A stretch of DNA of 64,000 nt from Camelus ferus (GCF_009834535.1 NC_045697.1:75394001-75458000); one strand, 5' to 3'; positions 24,777 to 38,050 are shown, counted from the stretch's first letter. Notes: generated from the sequence alone by a model not told the origin. Program-made: numbers and translations.

Positions 24777-26198
24777 CTAACATGTGGCAGAAGTGGGCAG
24801 GAAACACCAGGTTAGCAAGCAGACAAGAGGAGCAACCAGAAGTCTCTGAGAAAATGAGTGAATGATACTTAACTCATACAGTTGCTGTGGGAATAAAATA
24901 GAAGATGGATATAAAACACACACACAGAATATTGCCTGGCACAGAGCTGGCAGGCAGCAAAGAATTGATTTCATTGCTGTCATCTGCCACCAGCCTATTG
25001 TCATCTGTAGAGACAAACAGATGATAAGTGAGACAGAAAGAGACCAAACACAAAAACTTTGCTGGGGCTGCCTCACTCTTCCTAGTGCCCCAAAGTGGAT
25101 GATAACAACATGTGCCTCTCAGGAGGCCCCAGGGGACCATCCACCATCCTAAGATTCTGACCTGGCAACATCTTTTGGTAGGTGTCATAATAAAAGAATA
25201 AAGAACAAAAACAACTGAGAAAGAAATATGCCAAGAAAAATTTCACAAAAGGGAAAACATGAAGTGAAATGAGTCAACACATATGAAACTTATCAACCGC
25301 TGTACCTATGGCTACACATTGGCCAACTCTTAGGAGCACTGGTACTAAAAGGAGTAATGCATCAGTACTGATTCTTGCCCAGAAATAATATAAAACACAA
25401 TGCAGAGACATACTGGCTTAATTTGCTGAAGGATCTTGGAACTAACACAGGAAAGAAAATAGTCGTTTCCCTCACTGGAATGCCCCCAAACTAGTCTGTG
25501 GTAAGTACACCACACCCTGGCACCTATCACAGAACCTCTGGTCATCCCCACAGGGTGTGGGCTGACACTTGATATGTGCACAGCCAAACATGGGGATGCA
25601 CATGACAGAGAAATGTAAGTGAAAGGAATTCTGTTTTGCACATTGGTGTCCGAGGTGGAAGAGCCAGACCAAGAGTGAGATAAAGTACTATAATCTGACA
25701 AAGAAAGCCCAAGGCTTGGGATGCCATCAAAGCCAAGCACAGTAGGAGAAATTTCAGGCACATAATTCATACATGGAACTGGAAATAAAAAAAAGCTGGT
25801 TAGAGCCTCTGAAAAACTGCCAAATCACAAAATCTCGAGCCATTCAAAAAGTTCTTAATGAAGCCTCATCCAAAAGCAAGTCCTAAAACATATGGTCCAG
25901 TAAGCTGGTGATCTATTCAGCCAGCATACATTAAGGAGCTATCATGTACTTAACCCATTGCTTAACCCTGGGAGATGAGCTTCTGCCCTGAAGAAACTCC
26001 CAGTTCCTTAACATGGGAGACGAGAGACCCACTTTCCACGGCCTGGGTGGTTTGGGTCAGGGATGTCCTTAGATGAAGTCATACAGTAGGGTACCCTCTT
26101 ATAAGAGAAAAAATGGAGCTCAGAAATGAAAAATCAAAGGCAACACACACAGCTGAAGGGCTCAAGGGAAAACTCTGCCAAGAAGAAGAAAAAATACA

Positions 26199-26553
26199 CA
26201 GTTGGCCCTCCTACCCCTGGGTTCTGCATCTGCAGGTTTCACAACCGTGGATTCAACCAATCACAGATCAAAAATATTTGGAAAAAAAATCCCAGAAAGT
26301 TCCAAAATGCAAAACTTGAATTTGCCTCAGGCCTAGCAACTATTTGCATAGCATCATTGTATTTACAGCTATTTACATAGCATTTACACTGTAATCGGTA
26401 TTATAAGTAATCCAGAGATGATTTAACATATATAGCAGGACACACATAGGTTATAGGCAAATATTGCACTGTTTTATAAGGAACTTGAGCATCTGTGGAC
26501 TTTGGTATCTGCAGAGGTCCTGGCACCAAACCCTGGTGGATAATGAGAGACTG
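26199..26553 (+). mobile_element. TcMar-Tigger non-autonomous DNA transposon (Tigger3a-like)
   Basis: Starts cagttggccctc and ends gagagactg followed by TA; internal aaagttccaaaatgcaaaacttgaatttgcc and ttataagtaatccagagatgattt. Confidence 0.88.
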
Positions 26554-28174
26554 TAATCTTTAAAAAGTTAAGTGTTGACATAACACGGTCCTGTAGTTCA
26601 AAGCTTCAAAATACTATAGAAAATTGTTGGGTAAATAAAAACCTTATCAAAGGAACTCACAACCATCACCTCCTCTGGAAATGTGAGACCTCATGGGTGG
26701 GTTAATGCAGATATATAAATTATTCTCTTTCTTACCAACTTTCAGCTTCAATAAGAAACGCCTTACTAATATCACTAAGAATCATAGTTGGGAGAAAATT
26801 ATTCCTAATGAAACCTGCATACATGTTATCTGGATAGAAATATTTGCCAGAAAGTTGGGTGGGAGTTATTCTATCTCTTCTCCAAATTTAGTAAATTGGA
26901 TCTCTGTTCAATTCATCAAAAAAAGGGAAAAAAAGAAAAGAAAAAAAACGTGATTACAAAGGCAAAGATATTAAGAACAATGGGAATAATTGCCATTCCT
27001 CAAAAAAAAAATGCAAGAAAGGATTTTTTTTCTGTGTATTTCTACAAGTTAAGCAAAAGTTCAGGGTTTAAGAGATGAGGGGAAAGTGTCCCTAGAATGA
27101 CTAGTGAGGAGAAAGATGTGCTGGAACCAGTCCCAGGGAAAACAAGTGGTTGTGCGTTTAGTGGTTTACCTGGAAGGACAAAGGAATGTACTGAAATAGT
27201 CTAAGGAACATAATAGGGGAAGATAGGCTGATGAAAGTCCAGGTCCCAGCTTAGGAAAAAAGTGTGGGAAAGGAGGAAATAAAAAGGCCTGTGGATACTT
27301 TCAGGAAAAAATAATAATCTTATTTTGAAACTAGTCGAAATACCTTGTTGCAGAAAGGAAAATAACTTGAGAATTATATAAATGGCCCAGAATTAAGATT
27401 TGGGAGCCCCCCCCCCCAAAAAAAAGTACAGCATACAGTCTCTCTGAAATATATATTTTTTCACCTGTGTTAAAGCTGAAAAGTATTACTGAATATGTTT
27501 ATGATGAAGTAAAAAAAACGAAAATTTTTTTGCCCATATGTTCATTTAGCGTATCATCAGAATTTATAGTCTTTGTACTAAAATTCCTAGAAAACTATGG
27601 CATGCCACAAGCCGAGAAACATATTTCTGATTCGTTCTTTAGAATATGTAAATACATATGCACATGTACGGGTCCACATATAATCATTTGGTGATGGGAA
27701 AATAAATGCTATGGGGAAGAAAGATTCTAAATTGGTTCTGAATGGGTTTGGACTTGGGAAAATAACCCAGAGATTAGGATGGAAGTAGAGAGCTCCTCAC
27801 GGACCTTTATCCACTGTTAGAATCTCAGAATTTTAAACTTCCCATGAGTCTTAAACATCATCTAGTCCAATCATTCCAAAATTGTGCTACAAGGAATTTC
27901 AAAAACCCAATAATACACCTCAGCGATCAGTAACAAGTAAATGCCAAACAGACAAAAAAGCTTTAAATTACCTAAGAAATATATCCATCATTTTTATTTT
28001 TGTGTTATAAGGTTTTATTTAAGATTTAATTTGATTTTTTTTAAAGAGTTCTGCAGCTCAATAAATAAGGAAATTCCCAGTTAGCCCAAGTCTCATTTGA
28101 TGGGTCAAGAAACTTAGATCTAGAAAAATAAAAGAACCTCTTCTGAGTCTCAGTACAAGTTAATTGCATAGTTA

Positions 28175-28668
28175 GGAACTTATCTTACTTTGGATTCTCA
28201 AACCAGATACTGAGACAAAGACTTGGTGCAGGTAATTTCTTTGGGAAGTGATCTTTAGAAACAAAGGGAGATAATAAGGAAAGTGAGACAAGGAAGGAAA
28301 AAAAACCCAGTACAGGTTGTGTCGGCTATGGGCATAGCTCCATAGGTACCTGGGGCTCAGGCTTGCTGAGGACCCTCTTAGAAACAATCTAGAACATGCC
28401 TCTGAATATTCCCACCACAGAATTGGAAGACTGGGCACTGACCCACCATCTCCCATCCCCACGGGGTTGAGAATTGTCCACAGGATCCTTAACTCCCCTG
28501 TACTTCTGAGCAGCAGAAAAAGCTTCCAGGGTGCCTGTGAAAGTCTTCAGGTGTGTCGCAGATAACAGGAGGTGAGAAGCAGTTAGCAGGCCGGAAGCTC
28601 CATCACAGCCGCAGGTGCACTCAGGTGTGCCCAGGGGAGATAGAGCAGCATCAGTAGCATCTATTACT
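28175..28668 (-). mobile_element. ERVL LTR (LTR33/LTR16-like)
   Basis: cagatactgagacaaagacttggtgcaggtaatttctttgggaagtgatc...ggaaagtgagacaaggaagg...cagtagcatctattac. Confidence 0.7.
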
Positions 28669-30048
28669 GACTTGCACAGAGGTCCCCTCACTTCCAAAGC
28701 CTTACCTCACTAATGTAACACAAAGGAAATGTTTATCCTGCAAAGCACTCTATTCTCTTCATCAAGCATTCCCTTTCTGATGAACTATTTGCAGACACAG
28801 TGACCAAAGCTACCAGTGCTTTCCAGGATGCCACAGAATAAGCATAACTTCACATACACTTTAGTTTCAGATAAATTTTACTCTGTTTCAACTTCAGTCT
28901 GTTGAATGCTTCTCTGAAAGAGGGATCTAGGATTTCATCAAATGAAAGAGAATTAGGTGATAACAGGGATCCAGCCAGCACTCCTCTTCCAGTGGAATAT
29001 TGTTCTATGACAGAGCCAAGGCAAAGGAGATCTGAGAGAGTCCTCCAGGGGAAACGGGGCTGAAAAGCTCCCGTGTGAGCTGTGTGTGAGTCTAACCAAA
29101 GGCTGTAGTAGAGAATCCTCCAGGAAACCACAATTACTAGGGATAACAAAGTAAAGTAAAAGGCAGGGTGATTAGATGAGCAGACCCCTAATACTGAGAA
29201 TGACGCAGACAGCTGTCATTTCCCTTGCTCACTTCATCTAAGATGCTGATTCTTTTACCATGACTGGTGCTGATACCCCGAAATATAACCACACAAACTT
29301 TTTTTTGTCCTTCTCCCACATATCTTCTTTTTCAGGACTTTTGAATTAGGTGCACAATTTTAAAATATTTCTTGGAAATATACTTTCAAATTATTATACT
29401 TTAAATAATAATTTCAGTTTGATTAAGTGATCATGAATTTTTATTATTGGTACTCTGCTGACATAAATATTTTAGAGGAATAAGGTTTATAGGATCCTTC
29501 TTCAATAATATGAATTACCTTAGGGTTCATACAGAAGATTCTTGTATTCTAATTAAATATGAATTTGTGGTACAAACTCTCATTCCCTTATATAAACTTA
29601 TTCCTGAATATCCAGATTCACCTGTACAAAGCCCATCACAGAGGCTACCATGAAAACAGATATTTACCCTAAGCCAGACACTGTATCATTCATGAGCTCT
29701 AGACGTTTGCTGAATTCAAAGAACTCATTGATGTATAAGTATATTCAAACCCATATCAGTGTAACACATTTATTACCAGCTTCAATATCAGAAGGCATAA
29801 TGCTGCACTCTATAATGGATACAAAAACGCATCAGAAGTAATACTTGTCCTCAAGGAATTTACAGCCTAATAAAACCAAAAGGACTTTGTATAAAATATA
29901 GTATGTTTTATTCCCTGGAGTACTATAAATAGTTTAAGAGTTCAAATATAAAACTTTGTGATGTAAAATGAGAAACTAATCCTATGGTGGAAAAAATGAT
30001 AAAGCTAAAAAAAAAAAAAAAAAGTAGAGTGCCTTGGAAAACTTGGAA

Positions 30049-30150
30049 TGACGTCAAAATTCTCTGCAGTTGTGAATTTGTTTTGTTCTCCGGAAGACTG
30101 CTTGAGCCGCAGCACTATTTGGCTTTGTACATTTGACTTTCACTTTGCCC
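30049..30150. promoter_or_regulatory. Candidate enhancer: CRE, STAT6-spaced/ETS and IRF/PRDM1 motifs
   Basis: TGACGTCA 30049-30056; TTCTCCGGAA 30086-30095; ACTTTCACTTT 30136-30146. Confidence 0.35.
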
Positions 30151-30599
30151 CCATAGCTTCAGCTGTTTCTGTCTCTAGGCTTTAATGACATGTTAAGGCC
30201 TGAAGAACAGACTGGAGATTGGTCCAATTCACTTCAGGCTCACAGTCCACATTGACTTGTCCGGTCCTGTCTTCCTCGTAAGTCACAGAAAGCACTTACC
30301 TACATTCAATGTGCTTTAGGGCTAAAGAGGCACAGAGTCTGCACCGTGGGATGGGGTTAAATGCAGGGACAGGGCAAGATTTTCTGTTTTGTTTTAACTA
30401 CTACATGCCCAAAGGAATATTTATTTTTGCATTATCCTCCTGTGAAAATTTTTCCTAAAGAAATACTCTGATAGTTTGGTGAAGAGATTTCAGAAATGCA
30501 GTTGAATCAAATGGAGAGCCCCTTAAACTTTATAGTGTAAAACAGCTAAAGAAAACATCATTTGAAAATGCCTATCTCGTAATGTGAAAGGAAATAAAA

Positions 30600-30830
30600 T
30601 ATTATAATAATTAACATGTATTACAGCAGGCAGTGTACTAACCACTGTTCACGTATTACTTTTCTCAATCCTTAAAACCACCCAGTGAAACAGTTACTCT
30701 TATAATTACTATTGTGCCAACAAAGAAACTGAGGCTTGGAAAAATTAAGTAGCTTGGTGAATGTTATGGGAAGCTGGGATTTAAATCCAGATCTGTCTGA
30801 TCTTAACCTTGTAAACATAACCACTGCTAA
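30600..30830 (-). mobile_element. MIR SINE
   Basis: aatccttaaaaccaccc...aagaaactgaggctt...gctgggatttaaatccagatctgtctga. Confidence 0.8.
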
Positions 30831-33012
30831 TGGTTTCAAAATCCATGAATACTTATGGTTAGTAAACTAGCAACTGGACTTAGGGAATAGATATATATGG
30901 ACAATATTAGTGTACCAAAGAACATGATTGTTATTTCAAGACATAATGTGGACTCAATCACAAGCCATATTTTGCATGAATTGATCAATCACTATGGAAC
31001 AACTGACCCTGAAAATTACTTTAGTAAGGCTTTATATTAAATGTTTTCATACAATCGCCATGGAGAAATGTGGAAAATATCAGTGGCAGAAAATATGTTA
31101 TCTGGAACACTTTAGGGATAAAGTCATTATTTGTTCCATTTAACTGCTATTGATTTCATGTATATACTGGGAATAAAAATAATCCCAAAACAGACACTCT
31201 GATTAATTTCTAACCCTGCAAGCGCTTTGCCAATGTAAACCTAAAAGTTCTCCAAAATGTGAAGAAAAACATCTTGCTGTTACTACCTTGAATGGGCAAT
31301 GTATAAATACCTGCTAATCCAGCAGTTTGAGCTGCATTATGAAGAAATATCTAACTTAAGGTAGAACATTAATATTAAAAGGGCACTTAAATTACAATAA
31401 GAGTTACTGTTTACAAAAAAAATATCTATAGTACGTTCCTTCAAAGAGAAGCTGGTAAAGCACAGGAACCTGATCTTCAGCACTGAGGCTTGTCTAATTA
31501 ATGCAAAACAGCGTGTGCTTTCTTGCATCGCTCAAGTGTGATATTCAAAATATTTAGCAACTGATATGGCACAGACACCAAACAGGTGAAATAAAACCTG
31601 CAGAGCAGCAGGGTCCCTGGAGAGCCTTGCGTTGCTCGGAGTCATTTAATGGCTGAATCTAGGGAAGGTGGAAGGGGGGGTTCCCCGTGGAGGGGCTGTG
31701 AAAGCTGGATCCGCTGGGCCACCAAGCAGCCCGTTATGGGGTCAGAGCCAGCTATTTGTAATTATTTAAATATTTTTACTACCAGTATTTACACAATGGT
31801 GTATACCAACTAGATATTATCAGCTCAAGCTGTTTTAAAAAAGCAATATATATGGACCAATGAAGACATACTTAACATTGAGAAATTTGATACAATGTAT
31901 ACCAAAAAATTAAAAAGTTTTATTATAAGGGTACAATTCTAACGTCCTTATTTGCCAATTTTTCTACTTGCCACTGGTCTACCAACCCAATAGCCTATGC
32001 CATTTCCCTAACAGGAAGCCAGGAACAAACTGACAGGCCCCTCAGATACTTCTCTGTAAATAAACAGTGAGTAAATGGGGCATAAATAATTAATGCTACA
32101 AGGCCATTCGAAGATACCCAAGAGCTAAGAATGGAAATTTGGAATCATGGCCTTCCAGCCTATGATTTACAGAGCAAATCCCAGGAATGTGTGGACATAT
32201 TTTCCTCTACTTACATATTTCTACTAATTGTCCAGGATTCTGTTCACCCCATCTCTATTCTTTTATACTTTGGAGGAACACTAAGTCTGTTTTCTTCCCC
32301 TTCTACCTCACCTGCTAACCAGTGATACCTCACAAAAGCTCAGAACTTCTTGTGGTTTGTCCCCAGTCCTGTACTCTTGGGAGAAAAGAAATATATGTGA
32401 GGGACGCCAGGGGCTATGTTCTCACTTTCCACTTGCCAATCATGGCCACGTACGTCCCTGAGTGAAGAGGGACCTAACGAGAGGGAAGGATGCTGAGTTT
32501 CACGAATGTGCACTTGAAAAAAAATGTAAACCATGAACATGCTCATAACCCAGATGATGTTCACAGAAAAACACTGACCTTTTCTCCTTCAGCTTACTCT
32601 TTCATTACTCAGGGGATAGAATAAATAGCACATTTCTTTCTTATCCTCTCATTCACTTCATGTCGTGGGGATTTGAGTTCTTTTCCTACCATTAGAGGCA
32701 CCTGTGGATAATTTTAATGTTTTTTTATTCTATGATGGATATATAGTAAAACAATAAATGGAGAAGATCCAAATGTGTTACAAACAGTCATCTCAGACTC
32801 CTACCAACTGTGATGTTGTAAATCATTAGAATCAGTGACAGTTCTCAGGTTTCTTTGTCTGTTTTTTTGGAGATACAGAAACACTGATGATTAACAGCTG
32901 TGTTTATCACAATTGACAGCATACGCTAGCATTTCCCCAGAACTTACATGAAACGACCATGCTACAGAGCTATTATACATCACAAGAACAAAACCCTCAC
33001 CCATGCTCACAG

Positions 33013-33042
33013 GCGCACGCGCGCGCACACACACACACACAC
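33013..33042. repeat. (CG)n(CA)n alternating purine-pyrimidine tract
   Basis: gcgcacgcgcgcgcacacacacacacacac. Confidence 0.95.
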
Positions 33043-36010
33043 CAGTAAACCACTTAAGTGCAGAGGGTCACAATTGTAAATTCAATCGAACTTATTTTTT
33101 GGCTACGGGTCAAAAGAGGAAAGGCAATCCAAACAAAATGTATTCAGACGGATCACATCCTCTTCCAAAATACTAAAACAATTAGGATTCTCTTCCCTCA
33201 TTCCTGTGGGTGGTTCTCTGGTACCTTATCATGACCCAGTTATAATACCAGAGGGAGGAAGCAGTCAGGGAAAACAAGGAGGTGATGAAAACTATGAAAA
33301 GGCTTTGTAGAATTACAAATATTTGGAATCATCTTAGGAGGGAGCAGGGTCAGGACACAAATCCTCCCAGATTTAAGAACCCTGTCTACTATAGAAATAG
33401 CTCTTTTCTGTTGTTACACAATGAGGACAACAGTGCCTCCCACATTACAACTTAACTGCCTAAGTTTGCAGTCAGCATAACATGCAAATACTGCCCTTTG
33501 GAGCTCTAGCAACATCTGGAGACTGGAAGATCTGCATTGACAGCGCCTGAACTGTTTTCAGTTTTGTTTTCCAAATTCTCCACCATCTATGGACTTAACA
33601 AGTTACTGACATATTGTCAAAGTTACAAAAACAGAAGAGAAACAGCAACATTAATTGTTTCAAGGAGTTTTGAGGCCAGGACAGTTCTTGTCTGCTGGGA
33701 GAATAGATGAGTGACCACGAGCTGCAATTCTGGACAGTTAACCTGGTCTGCAGCCTTGGCCAGGGAGCATGTAGCTGCTGCTGCCCAGACTGGACACAGG
33801 GACACTGTCACTCACCATTCATTCCCTAGTTTACAGCACGGTCTCATTGCAAGGATTTCCAAATCCTACCTTCCCTCCTGCTCCACCTGGTTATTCCGCA
33901 CTGGGTTTTCTGCTATGTCTAACTCATTACCAGTTATCATGAACCTCTGTGTATGATTACCCTTTCTCCTGCTGTTGACTAGCTAAATTAGCATGCACAT
34001 GGAATAGAGTCTTTGCTGAGTCTGCTGACAATCCTCTAGAAGAGAAATTACATTTACAAGAGCTCACCGGGGACTTAATCTGGCTCACATCATGGCATGG
34101 TTGCATGAAGAGATGTGTGCTTCCCCCGTCACAGTTTCACTAGGCAAAGAGAGCTCCTTACTGAGACTTCAACACCTCTGGTTGGGGGTTGGACGGTCAA
34201 ACTGTGAAGCAGTGCATCTTGCTGAAGCGGAAATTATCTTCCAGTAGTCATCTCTCCTTCCAAGTTACCTGTTTCCTGATACCCACTCACTAGGCCAAAT
34301 AAACATGATTGAAGTACAACTGTAAAGAGGAGCTAACTTCAAATATGCGGTGGAGAGTGAGGCACTGATGTGCTCTTCAGGGTTAGAGACCGTGCATCTG
34401 ATCAGCCCCAGAACGTGGGCCGTGAGAGATGGGTATGGAAGTAGCAGTGCAATTTACTGTGTTAAGCAGACTGTTCTCCAAACTCCGCAATGGCCAATTT
34501 AGTCTAAACCACCGTGTGAAGAGTGGATAATAAGAACAGGAAAGCTGGGACTTCCAGTGGAACGAATCTCTGTAAAATAGTCATAGCCTTAGGAAACCAT
34601 AAAAAGCAAAGCCACTTCACCATGTTATTTATTCTCTACTAACATCTTCCAGATAAAAGGACAGAGTGAAGGCTGAAAGGGAGAAACAAAGACAGTAGAG
34701 CCACTTGGCCAAAATGTTTAAAGGCTCTTTTGATTTAAAGACCTATGAGTCCCTTGCAAAGCCTCACTTTGAATCCTTGCCATCTTTGGGCTCTCCTTGC
34801 CACTCACCTAAAAACTCATAAGTATTGTTTTGCTATATGCCATTTCTTGCACAAATTATAGAAAAAAAACTATCTGTTTTAATGACTAAAGAGTTTGGTA
34901 TTTCGCACACTGAATAATATCTTAAGGGAATATATGTAGTAACCAGTATTTTCAATGAGCAGAAAACCATTTTGACCAGAACAATGGTCATTTGTAGAAA
35001 TGACTACTCCCATAGTAGGCAGAGCATGCTAAATCTAATGTGCTTTCACATTTGTTTTAGTGTCAGGATTTTTCCTGGAGAGTTTTACTTTTTGAAGGAT
35101 TTCTTATTTAAGTCCAAACAATAAAGTGACCTTATACCATGTAAGGTCTATGAGGACAGGGATACTTTGGCCCCCGCACAGTCCATGGCACAAAACTACA
35201 GTATACAAATTCAAAGAAATGAGAAAAAAGCAGCCCCAAATAAAGTAAAACCTTACACGGTATATTGTTTCATTTCTTCTCAAGCTTCAAACTAACCCTT
35301 TCATTGCTAAATTAAACCAGGACTTTTTAATTCCCAGTCACTAATTAAAACCAAGTGGCAGAAACAGTACAGTCATTTTCTCCATTCGTTATGAACCCAC
35401 TTAAAATTCAATTAAATGTAAATGGGGAAAGAGTGTGGCAGAGACTACAGGTTCTCAATGTGACCTTTTCAACTCACCTGGCTTTAATCCTGGTATTATT
35501 AGAACTACTTAATGCAAGGATGCATTGACTGAATGACTTATTCCAAAACTCAGCCAACTAAAGGACTGAAAACTCAATTTCTATAGTATTGTGTTTTTTG
35601 TTAGTTAGTTTGTTTTTCTTTTTTTTCCCTTTTCTTTTCTGGATCTGTGGCATAGGAGGTGGATTCAGAAATATCCGTCCGCAAACATTTGTGATTTACC
35701 TCACTGAGGGATTAAGACAATTCAAACGGCAAATTCTGGCTGTTGGTTACAATATGGAGATAATAGAGGGGGCAACTTCTGAGGTCAACAAGGACTCTTT
35801 CATCTCTAGTATTTGCTATTCACATTCCTCAGCTTCTCTTGGCTTCCTAGCTGTCTCTCTAAGACAAGACTTTCCAACCCCAGACTAGCACAGAATGTAG
35901 ACTGAATTTTCCAGAACGTTGATTGCAGTTCATTCCCAAGAGCTCCAAAAAAAGTACCTTAGGGAGACGAAAAATGTAACTTGGACATTACCTGAATGAC
36001 ATCAGCTTAC

Positions 36011-36247
36011 TTTTTTCTTACTCCCTAAAAGCATTCTGCCAGAAACTTTAGGCAACATTGTCTGAGGATGCTGTTCCTTGTACCCCTCCCGAGACAGCCA
36101 TGCCAAGTGGCCTCTGTGAATCAACACAGAGAAGGACCTGAAGAATGGCTTTAAACAGCCTTCTGTTGGCATGGGCAGCAGGGTGGCAGGAATGAGTAAT
36201 GTAACAATTGAACGGGCAGATAATTTCTTCAACCATCTGTTCTGCAT
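36011..36247 (-). CDS. Candidate alternative first coding exon (up to 79 codons, ends ...GRMLLGSKKK at a phase-0 donor)
   Basis: ORF 36002-36247 in unique DNA reaches AAA|gtaagc in phase 0 two codons before its stop; product not recognised. Confidence 0.25.
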
Positions 36248-37140
36248 GTGTTCAGCAGATTATTGCTATCTTGGACCTTACAGATTGTGCAGAAGATATT
36301 CTCCAGAGAAAGAACGGGTCTAAAATGAGTCAGGGCAGAGATCAGTCTTAGTATAAGAGACAATAGATAGATAATTGTCTGTCTCGTCATGTTGTAAAAA
36401 TCAGCTCTTTTGTAACTGAGCACTCTGAGCATGCTGTTTGAGGTTCGCAGTTATTAATTTGGATTTGTTGCTCTATGACTCTTACCTCATGCCACATCAA
36501 GTTTAAGAAAATAAAGACTTTTGTTTAAGTCTTCAATTTAAGTGTTTACTGAGATTATTCATTCTTTTTGTAGTAAGAACTGGACTTTTATTTCTTTTGC
36601 TCCTACAATAAGTGAGATTTTTAGTAGTTCAACAAACATGTATCCTTACCTTCTTGGTCCTGCTTCAAAAAAAAAAAAAAAGATATGCACTCATCACACA
36701 CACACACACACACACAAAACGCACTGCAAATGAGACCCAGAACTGGCTACTTCTTCAAGGTGCCGGGATATCCGACCTCTCATCTTTCATCATGGACTTG
36801 GCTCTCCCAGATAAAAGGAAGATAAAATGCATTAATCAAAGAGCAAAGATACAGGAAAGACTCCACTAAAAGTGGGGTGAAAAGTGATGACTGAGTGCTA
36901 ACTCCAGAGAAACACCACAGACTTCAAAAGATCTCCGGGAGAAGATAAAAATCGGGTTTTTGAAGAAATCGATTTCTCATTCCAGAAGGATTTTCAGAAA
37001 AAGACACAGGGAAGTAGCAGTAAACATAACATTCAGAATTGTTTCTACATCTTCTTGTATGAAAGCTGTATAAATTCAGAAGAATATGAAAACTTAGAGT
37101 ATCAGCACATGTTTGTAGAATGACAGGATTAAGGACAAGA

Positions 37141-37185
37141 GAAAATGAAACGAATGAAACTGTCGACAGTGACTTCCGGCGGAAG
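37141..37185. promoter_or_regulatory. ISRE-like repeat, 12-bp palindrome and inverted ETS pair
   Basis: GAAAATGAAACGAATGAAACTG; ACTGTCGACAGT 37159-37170; CTTCCG-G-CGGAAG 37173-37185. Confidence 0.4.
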
Positions 37186-37809
37186 ACAGGCTTTGAGCCA
37201 GATTCTGAAGGCTTTCAAGTGCATCAACTGGCAACATGGGATGGGCAGGAAGAGGACACAGACTGGGAGATGCCTCCCACAGTCCTCTGTGCTTCCCATC
37301 GTCACATTCATCACACTTAATTCAAGTTGTTTAAAATCTGGCCACCTGTAAAACCGTAAACTCCATGAAGTCAGACACAATGACTAAGCCACCTAATCTG
37401 ATAGCTCTACTTAGCAGAATACCTCGGGTAATGTGAGCTGAATGCACAGGGCATAAAGGTTTCTTCTGATATAAAAGCCCTAAGCACAGCAACTATGTAA
37501 GGCTTTTTCATGGCTGGTTTTCTGTCCTCTTGGCCACATTTAATTATAACCTCCTTCTCCACCATCACAAGACCAAGCAATGGGACCAAGTCTCTAACTC
37601 TGAATGATTTGGCCCCTAGACCTAAGGCTAAAGCCATCTTATCTAATGAATGTTGATTTCTTCCAACTACTAAGCTATTCAGCTTGGCACTTAAAAGATT
37701 TCATCTGTTACCCCTGCCTTATCTAAAGTATTCATCTATCTCCTTTTCCCAAAATGGTCCACTTGCTTCCATTTTATTCCCATAAACGTTTGCTAATGAT
37801 GATGGTGAT

Positions 37810-38050
37810 GAAAGTGAAGATTATAATGATATCCAGGCACTTGTCTAAGCATTTTATGCATATTACCTTATTTAATCCTCACAACAATGCTATGAAGTAA
37901 GCAGTGTTATTATCCTCAGATTACGGTAAGGAAACTGAGACATAAAAGGTTTGAGTAATCTGTCCATGTGCATTGCTAGAAGAAGTGAGCACCACTTGGG
38001 TTTGAACCTGAGTATCCTGGCTCCAAAGTTTATGCTCTTCAACACTACGG
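37810..38050 (-). mobile_element. MIR SINE
   Basis: ccaggcactt...tttaatcctcacaacaa...ggaaactgagaca...gggtttgaacctgag...ggctccaaag. Confidence 0.88.

Noticed and set aside
25345..25770. 141-aa minus-strand ORF
   Set aside because: No recognisable homology; overlapping ORFs in other frames are equally featureless
30179..30277. 99-nt plus-strand exon-like segment
   Set aside because: Stop codons in all three frames and a weak donor exon side (CTC|gtaagt)
32436..32450. CCAAT...CCACG resembling an ER-stress element
   Set aside because: Spacer is 5 nt; the canonical ERSE requires CCAAT-N9-CCACG
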